Source: Planctomycetota bacterium | GTDB lineage: Bacteria; Planctomycetota; Phycisphaerae; Phycisphaerales; SM1A02 | DNA length: 64,000 nt | Direction: 5' to 3' | Assembly: GCA_026386795.1 (NCBI GenBank) | Contig: JAPLMU010000129.1 | Location: 7,497-71,496, forward strand | Part shown: piece after piece, positions 43,269-51,622 of the stretch | Numbering within the stretch: position 1 is the first letter of the stretch | How the letters are laid out: each line of letters begins with the position of its first letter | Translations under genes and position numbers: made by a program | Notes under the pieces: generated by a model | What the model saw: only the letters and a program-made list of their open reading frames with translations | What the model was told of the DNA's origin: nothing | Database searches by the model: none

Positions 43269-45197
43269 CTACTTGCCACTCGCGCCTCCAACTGGAGCGC
43301 CAGCCGCTGGCTTCGCCGCCTCCACTCCGCGTTCCTCGAACTTCTTGCGGAGGTCACCGAAGTAACGCTTATGAACATCACGCAAGTGCGCGGGCACCGG
43401 GTCGTCCTCTGATCCACGCTCGTACCCCGTGGCAATCGTGCCGGCGACTTCCTGTAATCCAACGCGGCTCTCGCCGACTGGCGACTGACCCGCAACAAGT
43501 TGCCGCGCAATCACATCGCCCTCCTGCTTCTGGCCTTTTTCCTTCTGGAGTTTCGTGCCGAATCCTGTTTCGCGGAAGGCGCGGTCACCGCCGCCTGCCT
43601 CGGCGCGGTTTCCAGTGGAACCCTGCTTCTTTCCGCCGCCTTTGCCGTTCTTCGCACTTTCGGCACTCGCACTCAGCGCGCTATCCGCCTCCGCGTCGCT
43701 CATGCTCTCCGATTGCTGACCGCCTTGGCTTTGACTGTTCGCACTATCCGCCGCCATTGCCATCTGCCGGTCAGACTCTGCTTCGTCAAGCATCTTTGAC
43801 ATGTCGCCGCCATCCTTGCCGGACTTGTCGCCCTGACCGGACTGCTGTTGCGATTCACTGCCCTTCTCGCCCTTCTCACCCTTCTCGCCGCTCTGACCCT
43901 TCTGACCCTGCTCACCCTTCTGACCTTGCTGCCCCTGTTGACCAGGACTCTTGCATTGCGAAGCCATCTGATCCATCTGCTGGCTCATCTGCCCAAGCTT
44001 CGATTGCGCGTCCTTCACAGACTGAGCCATCTTTTGCAGCGACTCTTTCTGCGATTCGTTTAAATCCTTTGACTGCGCAATTGCCTGCTGCAATGCCAAC
44101 GGATTGTTGGCAAGCGCCGGATCCATGCCGGCACTTCGCAGCGCCTCCGCCATCTTGGCCGGATCCTTCGAAAGTGTTTCCAGTTGCTTCGCCGTGTTCT
44201 CGAGTGCCTTCGCTAACTTCTCTCGATCTTCCTTTGAGAGTTCGCTGCCCGCCGCCGCCTTCTTCAACTCTTCGACCGCTTTCTTGGCAGCCTCAAAGTC
44301 ACCACGCTTGAGCGCTTCAGCAAGATCGCGTGCGGCATTCTCGTCCTTCGGCAAGTCCAACTTTGCAAGTGAATCCCGCAGTTCCCGCGATGCCTTGGAT
44401 TCTTTGCTGTCAGCTACTTCCGCCAAACGCTCCTGTAATTCAGCCATGCGCTTCAAACTCTCGCGCGCGGCGTCATCGGGGCTGCGGACGGGACCATTGG
44501 CTGCCTCGTCAAGCGTGCGTCGCGCCGTCTCCAACTCTGCGTCGAGCTTCGCTGCAAGTTCCGGCGACTGCTCGACCTTCTTGAGTAGATCTTCGAGTCG
44601 TTTCTCTTCCGGACTCTTGGGACGTTCAGCAGCAAGCGCAGCATCGGGAGCCTTCACCGCACTGTCCGCAGATATGCGCTGCGGCACAAACCACCATGCC
44701 GCAATCACCGCCGCGAGTAACGCCGGCGCCGCCCACCAACGATCTGAAAGTCGAACGGGAAACACCGCGCGAATGCAACCAAGAAGATCAGGATCCTTTG
44801 CGAACGCAACTGCATCGGCAATCGCTGCGCGCGCAAACGCATCACGTGCAACCGAGTCATCCGCGTCAAGTGCCAACGCCGTCGAGAACCGCTCGCCGGA
44901 ATGAATCCGAGCATCAAGTTCCAACGCTGCCTGGTCCATGGTGAGTTGGCGTGCACGCACCCGGAGCCAACCAACGAGCGTCGCCAAGCCACAAGCGAGC
45001 GCGATCGATCCGACCAACCACATCGCGCTGCGGCTTGGAACATTCAGCGCCGCAGATGCACCAAGCAACCGCCGCTCAAGAATGGACAGCAGTACTAATC
45101 CCAGCAGAAACGACACCACCGTCCAGGAGGCAAGAACCCAGTCCTGAAATAGCAGTCGGATGCGCGCGAGCGCCACGAGTGATCGAATCCGGTCCAT
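43269..45197 (-). CDS. membrane-anchored E/K/Q-rich coiled-coil low-complexity protein (DUF4175-like by architecture)
   Basis: ATG 45197 is preceded by GAGGA. N-terminal TM segments, a long charged helical region, ten GXY triplets, and a C-terminal PVPAHLRDVHKRYFGDL motif. Confidence 0.45.
   Translation of the reverse strand: MDRIRSLVALARIRLLFQDWVLASWTVVSFLLGLVLLSILERRLLGASAALNVPSRSAMWLVGSIALACGLATLVGWLRVRARQLTMDQAALELDARIHSGERFSTALALDADDSVARDAFARAAIADAVAFAKDPDLLGCIRAVFPVRLSDRWWAAPALLAAVIAAWWFVPQRISADSAVKAPDAALAAERPKSPEEKRLEDLLKKVEQSPELAAKLDAELETARRTLDEAANGPVRSPDDAARESLKRMAELQERLAEVADSKESKASRELRDSLAKLDLPKDENAARDLAEALKRGDFEAAKKAVEELKKAAAGSELSKEDREKLAKALENTAKQLETLSKDPAKMAEALRSAGMDPALANNPLALQQAIAQSKDLNESQKESLQKMAQSVKDAQSKLGQMSQQMDQMASQCKSPGQQGQQGQKGEQGQKGQSGEKGEKGEKGSESQQQSGQGDKSGKDGGDMSKMLDEAESDRQMAMAADSANSQSQGGQQSESMSDAEADSALSASAESAKNGKGGGKKQGSTGNRAEAGGGDRAFRETGFGTKLQKEKGQKQEGDVIARQLVAGQSPVGESRVGLQEVAGTIATGYERGSEDDPVPAHLRDVHKRYFGDLRKKFEERGVEAAKPAAGAPVGGASGK
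43854..43943. repeat. 9-bp-periodic coding repeat giving ten consecutive Gly-X-Y triplets
   Basis: Residues 440-469 are GQQGQQGQKGEQGQKGQSGEKGEKGEKGSE. Confidence 0.8.
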
Positions 45198-45216
45198 GCG
45201 GGGGTCCTCTGTGCAG

Positions 45217-45222
45217 AGTGTA
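45217..45222 (-). promoter_or_regulatory. -10-like TACACT upstream of the first gene of the MoxR/Bat-like operon
   Basis: The reverse complement of AGTGTA is TACACT, 19 nt upstream of ATG 45197. GAGGA lies in between. Confidence 0.35.
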
Positions 45223-45313
45223 TTCGGGCTGCCGGGCAGAGTGCTACAGAATGCCGGCAATTACTGCCCGGAGATGCGACCGCGACCCCCCGCGATCGCC
45301 TCTCCGCACCCGT

Positions 45314-45319
45314 TATGAT
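45314..45319 (+). promoter_or_regulatory. -10-like TATGAT, 9 nt upstream of ATG 45329
   Basis: GTTATGAT-gagtccact-ATG. Confidence 0.3.
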
Positions 45320-45328
45320 GAGTCCACT

Positions 45329-46180
45329 ATGCGCCTGACGCAGTCCGCCCTCATCGTTTCGTCGCTCACCATCGCAACCCTGACCACGGTGCCCGCGGCC
45401 CATGCTGCTGACCCCGCCGCACTGGCTCACGCAAGCGCCACGGCACAAACAGCAACTGGGGAGTCGATGAGTGACCTCCGCCAGGAAATCGACCGACTGC
45501 GCCTTGAGTTGGCGAAGAAACAAGCGGACCTCGATGCAGCCCTGCAACGTATCAAGGCCCTCGAGAGTGGCACAACGACGAGCACAGCACCTCCGGCGAC
45601 CACAACGAAACCCACACCGGCCACCACTGCCGCGCCGAAGCCACTCGTTCGCGTTCTTCCGCCTGCGCCGATGCCCGACCCCATTCCTGCCGACCCAAGC
45701 ATCGGACCTGGTGGATTGCAGGCATCGTTGCAGGCTGATTACCTCGGAGCATTTCCAACAGTCCCCAACGCGAGTGATTCAAAGCAACTTGCTCTGCACT
45801 TGCGAGCATTGGCAAGTTGGTGCGCCAAGGCCAACCACGAGGGAACAAAGCAGTACATCTGGGTTGGTCGCGTTGATCAAGACACCGTGACGAAGGTTGG
45901 CAAGAATGTGAGCTTTATGGTGACCTTCGTGAATAGCAACAAAGTGTTCAAGGTCCCGGTCACCGTTGATCAAAGCCTGCTGACAAACGTCCTGAGCCGC
46001 GCCGGTATCAATAATGGCGATCTTGCTTTCAGTGGCATTGTGCGACCGCGCTTGCGAGTGAACGACGCGCGTCCAGCACCGAGCGTCTTTGAGGTTCCGC
46101 CGATGATTGCGCCCTATCTTGAGTACTTCTTCAGTTTCAATGTGAAGAGCATTGTTCCTGCCGCCGGTCCGCCCCGCTGA
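45329..46180 (+). CDS. secreted protein with a coiled-coil and a Thr/Pro linker, unknown function
   Basis: ATG 45329 gives the signal peptide MRLTQSALIVSSLTIATLTTVPAAHA. Confidence 0.5.
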   Translation: MRLTQSALIVSSLTIATLTTVPAAHAADPAALAHASATAQTATGESMSDLRQEIDRLRLELAKKQADLDAALQRIKALESGTTTSTAPPATTTKPTPATTAAPKPLVRVLPPAPMPDPIPADPSIGPGGLQASLQADYLGAFPTVPNASDSKQLALHLRALASWCAKANHEGTKQYIWVGRVDQDTVTKVGKNVSFMVTFVNSNKVFKVPVTVDQSLLTNVLSRAGINNGDLAFSGIVRPRLRVNDARPAPSVFEVPPMIAPYLEYFFSFNVKSIVPAAGPPR

Positions 46181-46210
46181 TGCAATGCGCCGACCACGGC
46201 GCGCTGATCA

Positions 46211-46510
46211 ATGAACCCAGATGACCATGTCTGCCTCTGCTTCCGAGTCAGCCAGCGCAAGCTGGTGAACTTCATGGAGCGGGAGAAGCCACGAGTGGCG
46301 AGCCAACTCTCGGAATGCCTTGGCGCGGGTACCGGATGTCAGTGGTGTGTTCCGTTTCTCAAGAAATTGCATGCGCAGTGGGAGCGCGGAGACGTGCCGC
46401 AGCTCACTGTGGCCCCCGCGGAGTACGCCGCGCGGCGAAGCCAGTACCGAAGTACCGGCGTTCGCCCGGATCCCGACAACCCCGAATCTGAGCCCCAAAG
46501 CCCCCAGTGA
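46211..46510 (+). CDS. BFD-like [2Fe-2S]-binding domain protein
   Basis: Cys pattern VCLCF...CLGAGTGCQWC. Confidence 0.7.
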   Translation: MNPDDHVCLCFRVSQRKLVNFMEREKPRVASQLSECLGAGTGCQWCVPFLKKLHAQWERGDVPQLTVAPAEYAARRSQYRSTGVRPDPDNPESEPQSPQ

Positions 46511-46530
46511 CGTTGCAGTTGAGACTCAGT

Positions 46531-46545
46531 CGCAATATCATTGCG
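46531..46545. promoter_or_regulatory. perfect 6-3-6 palindrome CGCAAT-ATC-ATTGCG, 12 nt upstream of feoA
   Basis: Read directly. It has an AT-rich core in GC-rich DNA and is a candidate metalloregulator operator. Confidence 0.3.
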
Positions 46546-46556
46546 GTTGCGAAGCC

Positions 46557-46859
46557 ATGTCAGTACCCACCGACCGTTCCCAGCCAGTGCGCATCCCCCT
46601 GACCCAGCTTCGGCGCGGCCAGCGGGCGATTGTTGATTGCTCGGAACTGACTGATTTGCCGGAGGGCGACCGCTGCCTACTCCATGCGATGGGAATGCAT
46701 CACGAATGCGAGGTGCGCGTCTGCCGCCCGGGCACGCCGTGCATTGTCCAGATTGACAGCACGCGCTTGGGAATCTCCGGTGAGGTTGCTCGCAAGATCT
46801 TGGTGACGCCGATCGAAGATTCCCCGGGCAAGCCGGGCGCCCCGGAACGCCGCGCGTGA
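46557..46859 (+). CDS. feoA: ferrous iron transport protein A
   Basis: FeoA-type SH3-like sequence (PLTQLRRGQRAIV...LLHAMGMHHECEVRV). The stop overlaps the feoB start. Confidence 0.8.
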   Translation: MSVPTDRSQPVRIPLTQLRRGQRAIVDCSELTDLPEGDRCLLHAMGMHHECEVRVCRPGTPCIVQIDSTRLGISGEVARKILVTPIEDSPGKPGAPERRA

Positions 46860-48793
46860 ACGCCAGTGCCACCGCAACCGGCGCAGGTGACAGCGCAGGA
46901 ATCCCGCGCATTGCGGTTCTCGGAAATCCGAACACTGGCAAGACAACTCTCTTCAACCGTTTGTGCGGCATGCGTGCTCGCACAGCAAACTTTCCTGGAT
47001 CCACCGTTGAAGGACGGATCGGCACGCACCGCGCGCCGGACGGCCGCGTTGAACTGCAATTGGTGGATCTTCCGGGCACCTACTCCCTCTCCATCGATGT
47101 GCCCGAAGCGCGCGTCTGTCGCGATTGCCTGAGCGGATCGCTTGATGGCATTGAACCAAACGCCATGCTCGTGGTTGTCGATGCCACCAACTTGCGGCGC
47201 AACCTGCAATTTGCAGCACAGGTACTGCTGCACCGACATCCCGCGGTCATAGCGCTCAATATGTGGGATGTTGCGCGCACGCGCACCTCACGCGTTGATC
47301 CTGCCGAACTTGCGCGCCGACTCGGATGCCCGGTTGTTGCCGTTTCTGGTCGCACCGGCGAAGGGCTTGCGGCACTTGATGTCGCGCTCGATACCGTCAC
47401 CAACCTGCCCTTTGGAAGCGATGCACTCATTGCCCGCTTGCAGAAATTGCCTCCCGCTGAAACGACGCCCGCCGCGCTTGCCGCGTGGTCCGATGGCGTC
47501 GTTCGCGCAGCAACTACTGAAACCGCCTCGATTGACGAAAGTCGCGATGCACTCATCGATCGCATCGATGCTGCACTCACGCATCCACTCTTAGGAATTG
47601 GGATCTTTCTTGCCATCATGGCCGCGCTCTTTGCGGCGATCTTCTTGGTGGCATCGGTGCCGATGGACCTCATTGACTTTCTGTTCGGTCGCGTTGCCGA
47701 AGGCGTGCGCGCTGCGCTACCGCACGGCATCCTTGCTGACCTCCTCGCCGACGGCGTACTTTGTGGCATCGGTGGAGTACTGGTGTTCCTGCCGCAAATC
47801 TGCTTACTGTTCTTTCTGGTTTCGCTTCTTGAGGATTCTGGATACCTCGCGCGTGCTGCGTTTGCGGTTGACCGCGTGATGCGCCGCTTCGGGCTCAGCG
47901 GACTGTCATTCGTTCCGCTTCTCTCGAGCCACGCCTGCGCGTTGCCCGGCATCATGAGTACGCGACTTATCCGTGATGATCGCGAACGCCTCGCAACGAT
48001 CTTGGTGGCGCCGTTCATGAGTTGCAGCGCGCGACTGCCGGTGTATGTGCTACTGATCGGGATCCTCTCGATCGGCAAGCCCGCCTGGTTTGCCGGTGTT
48101 GCATTCGCGGGTTGCTACGCACTCGGCGCGGCAGCTGGTCTCCTGAGTGCACTTATTGCCCGACGCACCATTCTGCGCGGACCCGCGCGTGCGCTCGTTC
48201 TTGAACTACCGCCCTACCGCATCCCAAGTATTCGAAATGCCGCGTTAGTGACTTGGGACCGCGCGAATGTCTTCATCCGCAATGCCGGAACCACGATCTT
48301 GGCAATCTCCATTGTCATGTGGTGGCTCAGCGCGTTTCCACGCGTGGATGGCGACGCGCGCCTGCAACAGGCCCAGAGCTTTGCTGGACGGATTGGCGAA
48401 ACGCTTCAGCCGGTCTTCGCACCACTCGGATTTGACAGTCAACTGACCGTCGGCGTGATGACGAGCTTCATGGCCCGCGAAGTCTTTGTCAGCACCATGG
48501 GCGTGCTTGCGGGTGCCGGTCGCGGTGCCGATACCGGCGACCAACGCGTGTTGGAACAGGTGGCCGGGATGGCTCGTACTGATGGGACCCCCGTCTTCGA
48601 CCCAGCAACATCGGCGGCTGCGCTTGTCTTCTTTGTGCTTGCCATGCAATGCCTGCCAACGCTGGCCGTCACTCGACGCGAGACGGGATCATGGAAATGG
48701 CCGGCGCTACAGTTTGGATGGATGACGGTGGTTGCCTACAGCGCGGCGCTCATCACTCACGCAGCGGTCAGCATGACCCTAGGAGTCCACTAA
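46856..48793 (+). CDS. feoB: ferrous iron transporter B
   Basis: G-domain IAVLGNPNTGKTTLFNRLCG and DLPGTYSL, followed by the polytopic gate/nucleoside-recognition membrane domains. Confidence 0.95.
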   Translation: MNASATATGAGDSAGIPRIAVLGNPNTGKTTLFNRLCGMRARTANFPGSTVEGRIGTHRAPDGRVELQLVDLPGTYSLSIDVPEARVCRDCLSGSLDGIEPNAMLVVVDATNLRRNLQFAAQVLLHRHPAVIALNMWDVARTRTSRVDPAELARRLGCPVVAVSGRTGEGLAALDVALDTVTNLPFGSDALIARLQKLPPAETTPAALAAWSDGVVRAATTETASIDESRDALIDRIDAALTHPLLGIGIFLAIMAALFAAIFLVASVPMDLIDFLFGRVAEGVRAALPHGILADLLADGVLCGIGGVLVFLPQICLLFFLVSLLEDSGYLARAAFAVDRVMRRFGLSGLSFVPLLSSHACALPGIMSTRLIRDDRERLATILVAPFMSCSARLPVYVLLIGILSIGKPAWFAGVAFAGCYALGAAAGLLSALIARRTILRGPARALVLELPPYRIPSIRNAALVTWDRANVFIRNAGTTILAISIVMWWLSAFPRVDGDARLQQAQSFAGRIGETLQPVFAPLGFDSQLTVGVMTSFMAREVFVSTMGVLAGAGRGADTGDQRVLEQVAGMARTDGTPVFDPATSAAALVFFVLAMQCLPTLAVTRRETGSWKWPALQFGWMTVVAYSAALITHAAVSMTLGVH

Positions 48794-48982
48794 ATGCCCT
48801 GGAACGACTGGCAATTCCTCGTTGCTACTGCAGGCGCGGCGATCGCCCTGGCATTCATGATCAAGCCGCTCTTGGCGCGCAGAAAGAATGCCGCGTGCGG
48901 CGGATGCGGCCCAACACCCGCAAACCGTCCGAAGCGCGCAACACTCACGATAGGCAACACGGAACGCGATCAACCGCGCTGA
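48794..48982 (+). CDS. FeoB-associated Cys-rich small membrane protein
   Basis: One TM (FLVATAGAAIALAFMI) followed by ACGGCGP. The ATG abuts the feoB stop. Confidence 0.6.
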   Translation: MPWNDWQFLVATAGAAIALAFMIKPLLARRKNAACGGCGPTPANRPKRATLTIGNTERDQPR

Positions 48983-49024
48983 CGTTTCCTTTGCACAGCG
49001 CATCATTACAAGCGCCGCGTCCAA

Positions 49025-49786
49025 TCACTTCTTCAGTAGCGCGCGCACCATCACAAGATCTGCCGGCGTCGTCACTTTGATATTGCGCGGATCGCCATCC
49101 ACCACAATGACCTCTGCACCCAGGCGTTCCACCAGCATGGCATCGTCGGTGGCTCCATTGAGCCCCGGCTGCGCGTAGGCGCGGCGCAGCAATTCGGCAC
49201 GAAAGATCTGCGGCGTCTGCACCGCCACCAGGCGTTCGCGCGGAATGGTGCCGACGACTTTGCGACCACGGACTTTGGTTGAATCAGAAATCTCGCCCAA
49301 AATCATGTCGGAAATTGCGTCAGCCTCCTCGGCGTCCACCGCATCTTCAGAGACCTGCTTGAGCGTGGAAGTGATTGGGTCGCCAGGAATCACCGCATCA
49401 TGAACGCGCGCTGCATCAAAGACTCGAGCAATGAGTTCCTCACTCGCCATTGGTCGAGCGCCATCGTGAACGGCTACATGCGTGCAATCTGCGGGCACCT
49501 CAGCGAGTGCGTTTCGAACGGTTTCCCAGCGCTCCACGGTGCCACCCGCCACCACCTTCGCTCCGTGAAATCCCAACTGATTGCCGTAACGATCACGGAA
49601 TGCATCCACTTCATCGGGCGGTGCGGCAACGATAATGACCGCCACATCTTCGCGCCGCGTAAAGAGTTCAACGGTTCGTAGGATCATGGGGCGACCGCCA
49701 ACATCTTGGGCAAGTTTGTCAACACCGCCGAAGCGGCTGCTCCGTCCTGCAGCGGGAATAATGACGGCAACACGAAATGCACTCAT
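49025..49786 (-). CDS. ispD: 2-C-methyl-D-erythritol 4-phosphate cytidylyltransferase
   Basis: VAVIIPAAGRSSRFGGVDKL and VAVHDGARP. ATG 49786 overlaps the upstream stop (ATGA). ATG 49798 is an alternative start. Confidence 0.85.
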   Translation of the reverse strand: MSAFRVAVIIPAAGRSSRFGGVDKLAQDVGGRPMILRTVELFTRREDVAVIIVAAPPDEVDAFRDRYGNQLGFHGAKVVAGGTVERWETVRNALAEVPADCTHVAVHDGARPMASEELIARVFDAARVHDAVIPGDPITSTLKQVSEDAVDAEEADAISDMILGEISDSTKVRGRKVVGTIPRERLVAVQTPQIFRAELLRRAYAQPGLNGATDDAMLVERLGAEVIVVDGDPRNIKVTTPADLVMVRALLKK

Positions 49787-51015
49787 TTGCTGCTCCATTC
49801 GGCCGGCGCCGGAAATTGTGGGCGTTGTAGTGCCATGAGCGTCATGGCGGTACCAAAGTTGCGCGTGCGCGGAAAGACGCGGTCGTCCCATGTGCCGTCG
49901 GCATCACGTACCGCAAAGAGTAATTGCTCAAACTGCCGGCGATATTCCGCTCGCTCTGCAACGGGCAGCAACTCAATGGCGTCACATGCGTTGTAGAAGC
50001 CAAAGAAGAAGTAATACGGCGCCACGCTGTACGGTCCAACGTGCGTACCGGTCTTCTTGCGGCGAATTTCTAGCTGCCGCCAGTTGGCGATGAATGCATC
50101 AAGTGCACGCCGAATACTGGCGACATCGGAGCGCCCCGCGCGCATCAATACGCTTTCGCTGCACACCATCCGACCGATCGCGCCAGGAATGGAACGCGCT
50201 GGCTCGTGCGTCTGACGCTGCGCGCTGTAAGCGAAGTTCCCGTCCGGCGTACGACATCGTTCCAATGCGTCGAGCGCGCGCGTTACCACAGCGGCGTCCA
50301 CAGGCAATCCCTGTGCCTTTGCCTCAAACAGCACTTGCAGGCACGGCGGAGTCATGAATGGCGATGCAGGCGAGGGAGTCTCAATACCAGGCTGCCGTGC
50401 GTAGTTCCACCCGCCAACTTCTGGGATTTCAGTCTTCTGCATGGCATCCAAGTACCAGCGAAGTGCGGCGTCTGTTTCAGCTTTCATACCCGCCGGCACG
50501 GCCTTCGCCGCGCGCAGCACCAACAGGAAGCGCGCGCCGTAGCAGTAGCCCCAACCGCGCACGTCGTAGCCGCCTTCGTACACGGGGTTCATGAGCGGTT
50601 CGCGGATTCCTGCACAGATGTAGGTGCACGCGCGGCGGACTGCTTCTTGACGAGCCGCATCTGCGCTGTACCCAGGCGTACGCACCAAGCATTCGCCGAC
50701 GATTCCCGTTCCACCGACGCGGTAACCAACGGGAATCTCGCCACCCACGCGGTACACGCCTTCATATGGCCATTGCGCTTTGGGCGTGCCCTCCTGAGCG
50801 GAAAGGAGAAATGCAATTCCTTCGCGCACTGCGGACTCAATTGCCGCGGCGTCAGGCGGAGTTGGCGGCCCAACGAGCGCAACAGTTGCTGGTTCCGTAC
50901 CCGCCACGAGCACCGGCGCAGCCACCAACCCATCCGCCGTCACGCGCACATGCAGCGAACTCGCAGTCACAACGCACGCAATCAATGCAATGCGATTGAA
51001 TGCGGCATGCTTCAT
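49783..51015 (-). CDS. secreted alpha/alpha-toroid protein (prenyltransferase/squalene-oxidase-repeat-like, tentative)
   Basis: Signal peptide MKHAAFNRIALIACVVTASS. IAFLLSAQEG...WPYEG resembles planctomycetal prenyltransferase-repeat proteins. The call is tentative. Confidence 0.45.
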   Translation of the reverse strand: MKHAAFNRIALIACVVTASSLHVRVTADGLVAAPVLVAGTEPATVALVGPPTPPDAAAIESAVREGIAFLLSAQEGTPKAQWPYEGVYRVGGEIPVGYRVGGTGIVGECLVRTPGYSADAARQEAVRRACTYICAGIREPLMNPVYEGGYDVRGWGYCYGARFLLVLRAAKAVPAGMKAETDAALRWYLDAMQKTEIPEVGGWNYARQPGIETPSPASPFMTPPCLQVLFEAKAQGLPVDAAVVTRALDALERCRTPDGNFAYSAQRQTHEPARSIPGAIGRMVCSESVLMRAGRSDVASIRRALDAFIANWRQLEIRRKKTGTHVGPYSVAPYYFFFGFYNACDAIELLPVAERAEYRRQFEQLLFAVRDADGTWDDRVFPRTRNFGTAMTLMALQRPQFPAPAEWSSK

Positions 51016-51620
51016 GTTGGTTCCTCGGCGGTTTCATCAAGCTGCGCGGGTACAGCACCAGCGCCCGGCGAATAAAGATGCACATGCATGTCACCGAAAG
51101 AGCGAATTTCTGGACCGTTGAACCCGACAATCGTGCGTTCATCACCTTCCAAGACATATGGCAAGCGCAGGACCATCCAGCCGCGGTCGCCCATGGCGCT
51201 GCGCAGGCGCGCGCACTGATCCAAGATCCGCCGCTTGCCACTCGACTGCTCTGCGATCGGATACGGTGGATCAACAAACACCACGTCGATGACTTCCTTC
51301 AGTTCTGCAAGCAAAGCGGGCGCAAGCGCATCCGCCTGAAGCGCCTGAGACCGTGCCCCCACCCCGAGCATGTCGATGTTCTTGCGCATGCAGTCATAGA
51401 CGCCGCGGTCACGCTCTACAAAGATCGCAAGTCGGGCGCCGCGACTCAAAGCCTCAAGACCCATCGTTCCAACGCCGGCGAAGAGGTCAAGCACAACCGC
51501 GTCTTCGAACCAGCCACGCAGAATGTTGAAGATGCTCTCCTTCACCCGCCCGGTCATCGGCCGCGTCACTTCCTCACCCGGCGGCGTATGAAGAATCCGC
51601 GATCGATGCTCGCCGCCCAT
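51012..51620 (-). CDS. rsmD: 16S rRNA (guanine966-N2)-methyltransferase
   Basis: RPMTGRVKESIFNIL, VLDLFAGVGTMGLEALSRGA and VFVDPPY. Confidence 0.8.
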   Translation of the reverse strand: MGGEHRSRILHTPPGEEVTRPMTGRVKESIFNILRGWFEDAVVLDLFAGVGTMGLEALSRGARLAIFVERDRGVYDCMRKNIDMLGVGARSQALQADALAPALLAELKEVIDVVFVDPPYPIAEQSSGKRRILDQCARLRSAMGDRGWMVLRLPYVLEGDERTIVGFNGPEIRSFGDMHVHLYSPGAGAVPAQLDETAEEPT

Positions 51621-51622
51621 GA

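Noticed and set aside
44951-45328. Long N-terminal extensions offered by the ORF track (for example 44951-45328, 25340-25576, 43229-43510, 16482-16736, 54344-54664, 10231-10410, 28165-28296)
   Set aside because: These extensions overlap upstream genes or divergent promoters and are Arg/Pro-rich. In each case they precede an internal Met that starts a clean signal peptide, lipobox or conserved N-terminus. I chose the shorter forms.
47080-48078. 332-aa minus-strand ORF antisense to feoB; also 8488-9459 (+), 14267-15106 (+), 16416-17339 (-), 36376-37134 (+) and 25640-26455 (-)
   Set aside because: All lie inside well-supported genes on the opposite strand and have Arg/Ser/Pro-biased composition. 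I treat them as GC-driven open frames.
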